Assembly (NCBI RefSeq): GCF_009914755.1
Contig: NC_060925.1
DNA: 64,000 bases
Direction: 5' to 3' (one strand)
From: the human T2T-CHM13v2.0 reference genome, Homo sapiens
Below the pieces are notes generated by a model. It saw only the letters and a program-made list of their open reading frames with translations. It did not search any database and was not told the DNA's origin. Shown here one piece after another: positions 63,158-64,000 of this stretch; the first letter of the stretch is position 1; every line of letters begins with the position of its first letter. Both the position numbers and the translations under genes were made by a program.

Positions 63158-64000
63158 GCAAGGGAGGGGAAGGAAGACGGGCTGACTGGGGCTCGGGGCG
63201 GGGAGGAGGCGGAGGGAGCGGCCGCAGGCGAGGCCGGGGCGGGCGGGCGGGCGTCTCCCCTAACTTCCACAACTTCCCTCCCCACGCCCGCCCCGCCCCG
63301 CCTGGCCCCGCCCGCCTGCCCGCCCGCCGGAGCCGGCCGCGGCGCCGCCCAAACCCTGGCGCCGGAGTCTCGGCCACCGGACCAGAGCCTGCCCCCGGGG
63401 CCGCCTTGGAAAACCCGGCGCGGACATAAAATTAAAGCGGACGGGCTGCGGAGGCGACTGCAGATTGACCTGTGAACTTCAGACAGGCCACCTACCTACG
63501 CTGAGCTCCTGCTTCTGAAAAATGGGGGAAATTGTAACTAGAGGCCCAGTTACTTACAAAGACTAAATGAGATAATGATAGAAAATAATAATGGCACTTT
63601 ATATATGCCAGGCTCTGTACTAGACTCTTATTTTTTGAATTGTATGAATGAAGGAACTGAAACACAAATAAGTGTCTTACTAAGGTCATACAGCTAATTA
63701 TATAGCTGAATTAGAATCCAAGTCTAACTGTAAATATTTAACCATCTGCTAGTATATTGGAAAAGAAGACATTAAGTCATTCCCTCCCACAGCCAAAATC
63801 CATTTGGAAAGGGGAAGCAAAAATGTATTTGCCTGGTGCCTGTCACATTTAGATTGTTTAACAAGGGAACGCTGGTGCCTGTAGCACTCCTAGCTTCTCC
63901 CATCATCCACTTAGCAAACTCCTCCTTCTTTCTCAGGACATAATTCAAGTTTCACCTCCTTTGCAAAGTATCTTTTTCTCTTCCTTATGTCAGAGTTACA

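Larger units (their letters stand above)
62200..63470. promoter_or_regulatory. CpG island and GC-box promoter of EPS15
   Basis: Very high GC and CpG density against AT-rich flanks; several GGGCGG/CCGCCC boxes at 63195-63330; tandem ACTTCC (ETS core) at 63263 and 63272; spans exon 1. Confidence 0.93.

Noticed and set aside
63144-63377. Open in-frame extension upstream of the EPS15 ATG (possible non-AUG N-terminal extension)
   Set aside because: The GTG start probably lies upstream of the TSS, in-frame CTG (63227) and TTG (63161) have weak context, and open frames are expected at this GC content
62606-63475. 289-aa + strand ORF and other overlapping ORFs in the CpG island
   Set aside because: G/A/P/R-rich low-complexity translations, mostly with non-ATG starts; stop codons are rare in very GC-rich DNA; no recognisable domain

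Overview
Human/hominid genomic DNA containing the 5' part of EPS15 (epidermal growth factor receptor pathway substrate 15, also AF-1p) on the minus strand. It holds a CpG-island promoter (~62.2-63.5 kb) and coding exons 1-8 (561 nt, aa 1-187: EH1 and most of EH2), each with canonical GT/AG boundaries. Intron 1 is ~37.9 kb, and exon 9 onward lies beyond the left edge. The rest is intron filled with repeats: about 50 Alus or Alu fragments, a ~4.9 kb rearranged primate L1PA inside an ERV1 internal remnant, old L1M/L2/MIR pieces, MaLR LTRs and several DNA-transposon fossils. Nearly all ORF-track entries are Alu, L1, microsatellite or GC-rich artefacts. I found no convincing new multi-gene system. 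The best leads are: (1) an out-of-frame uORF in strong Kozak context overlapping the EPS15 start; (2) all eight introns in phase 0, so any back-spliced exon circle would be a stop-free ORF; (3) an L1 whose RT core is replaced by a copy of its own upstream segment; (4) tightly spaced inverted Alu pairs in intron 1; (5) a candidate poison exon in intron 8. Repeat subfamily names come from recalled consensus sequences and repeat boundaries are approximate.
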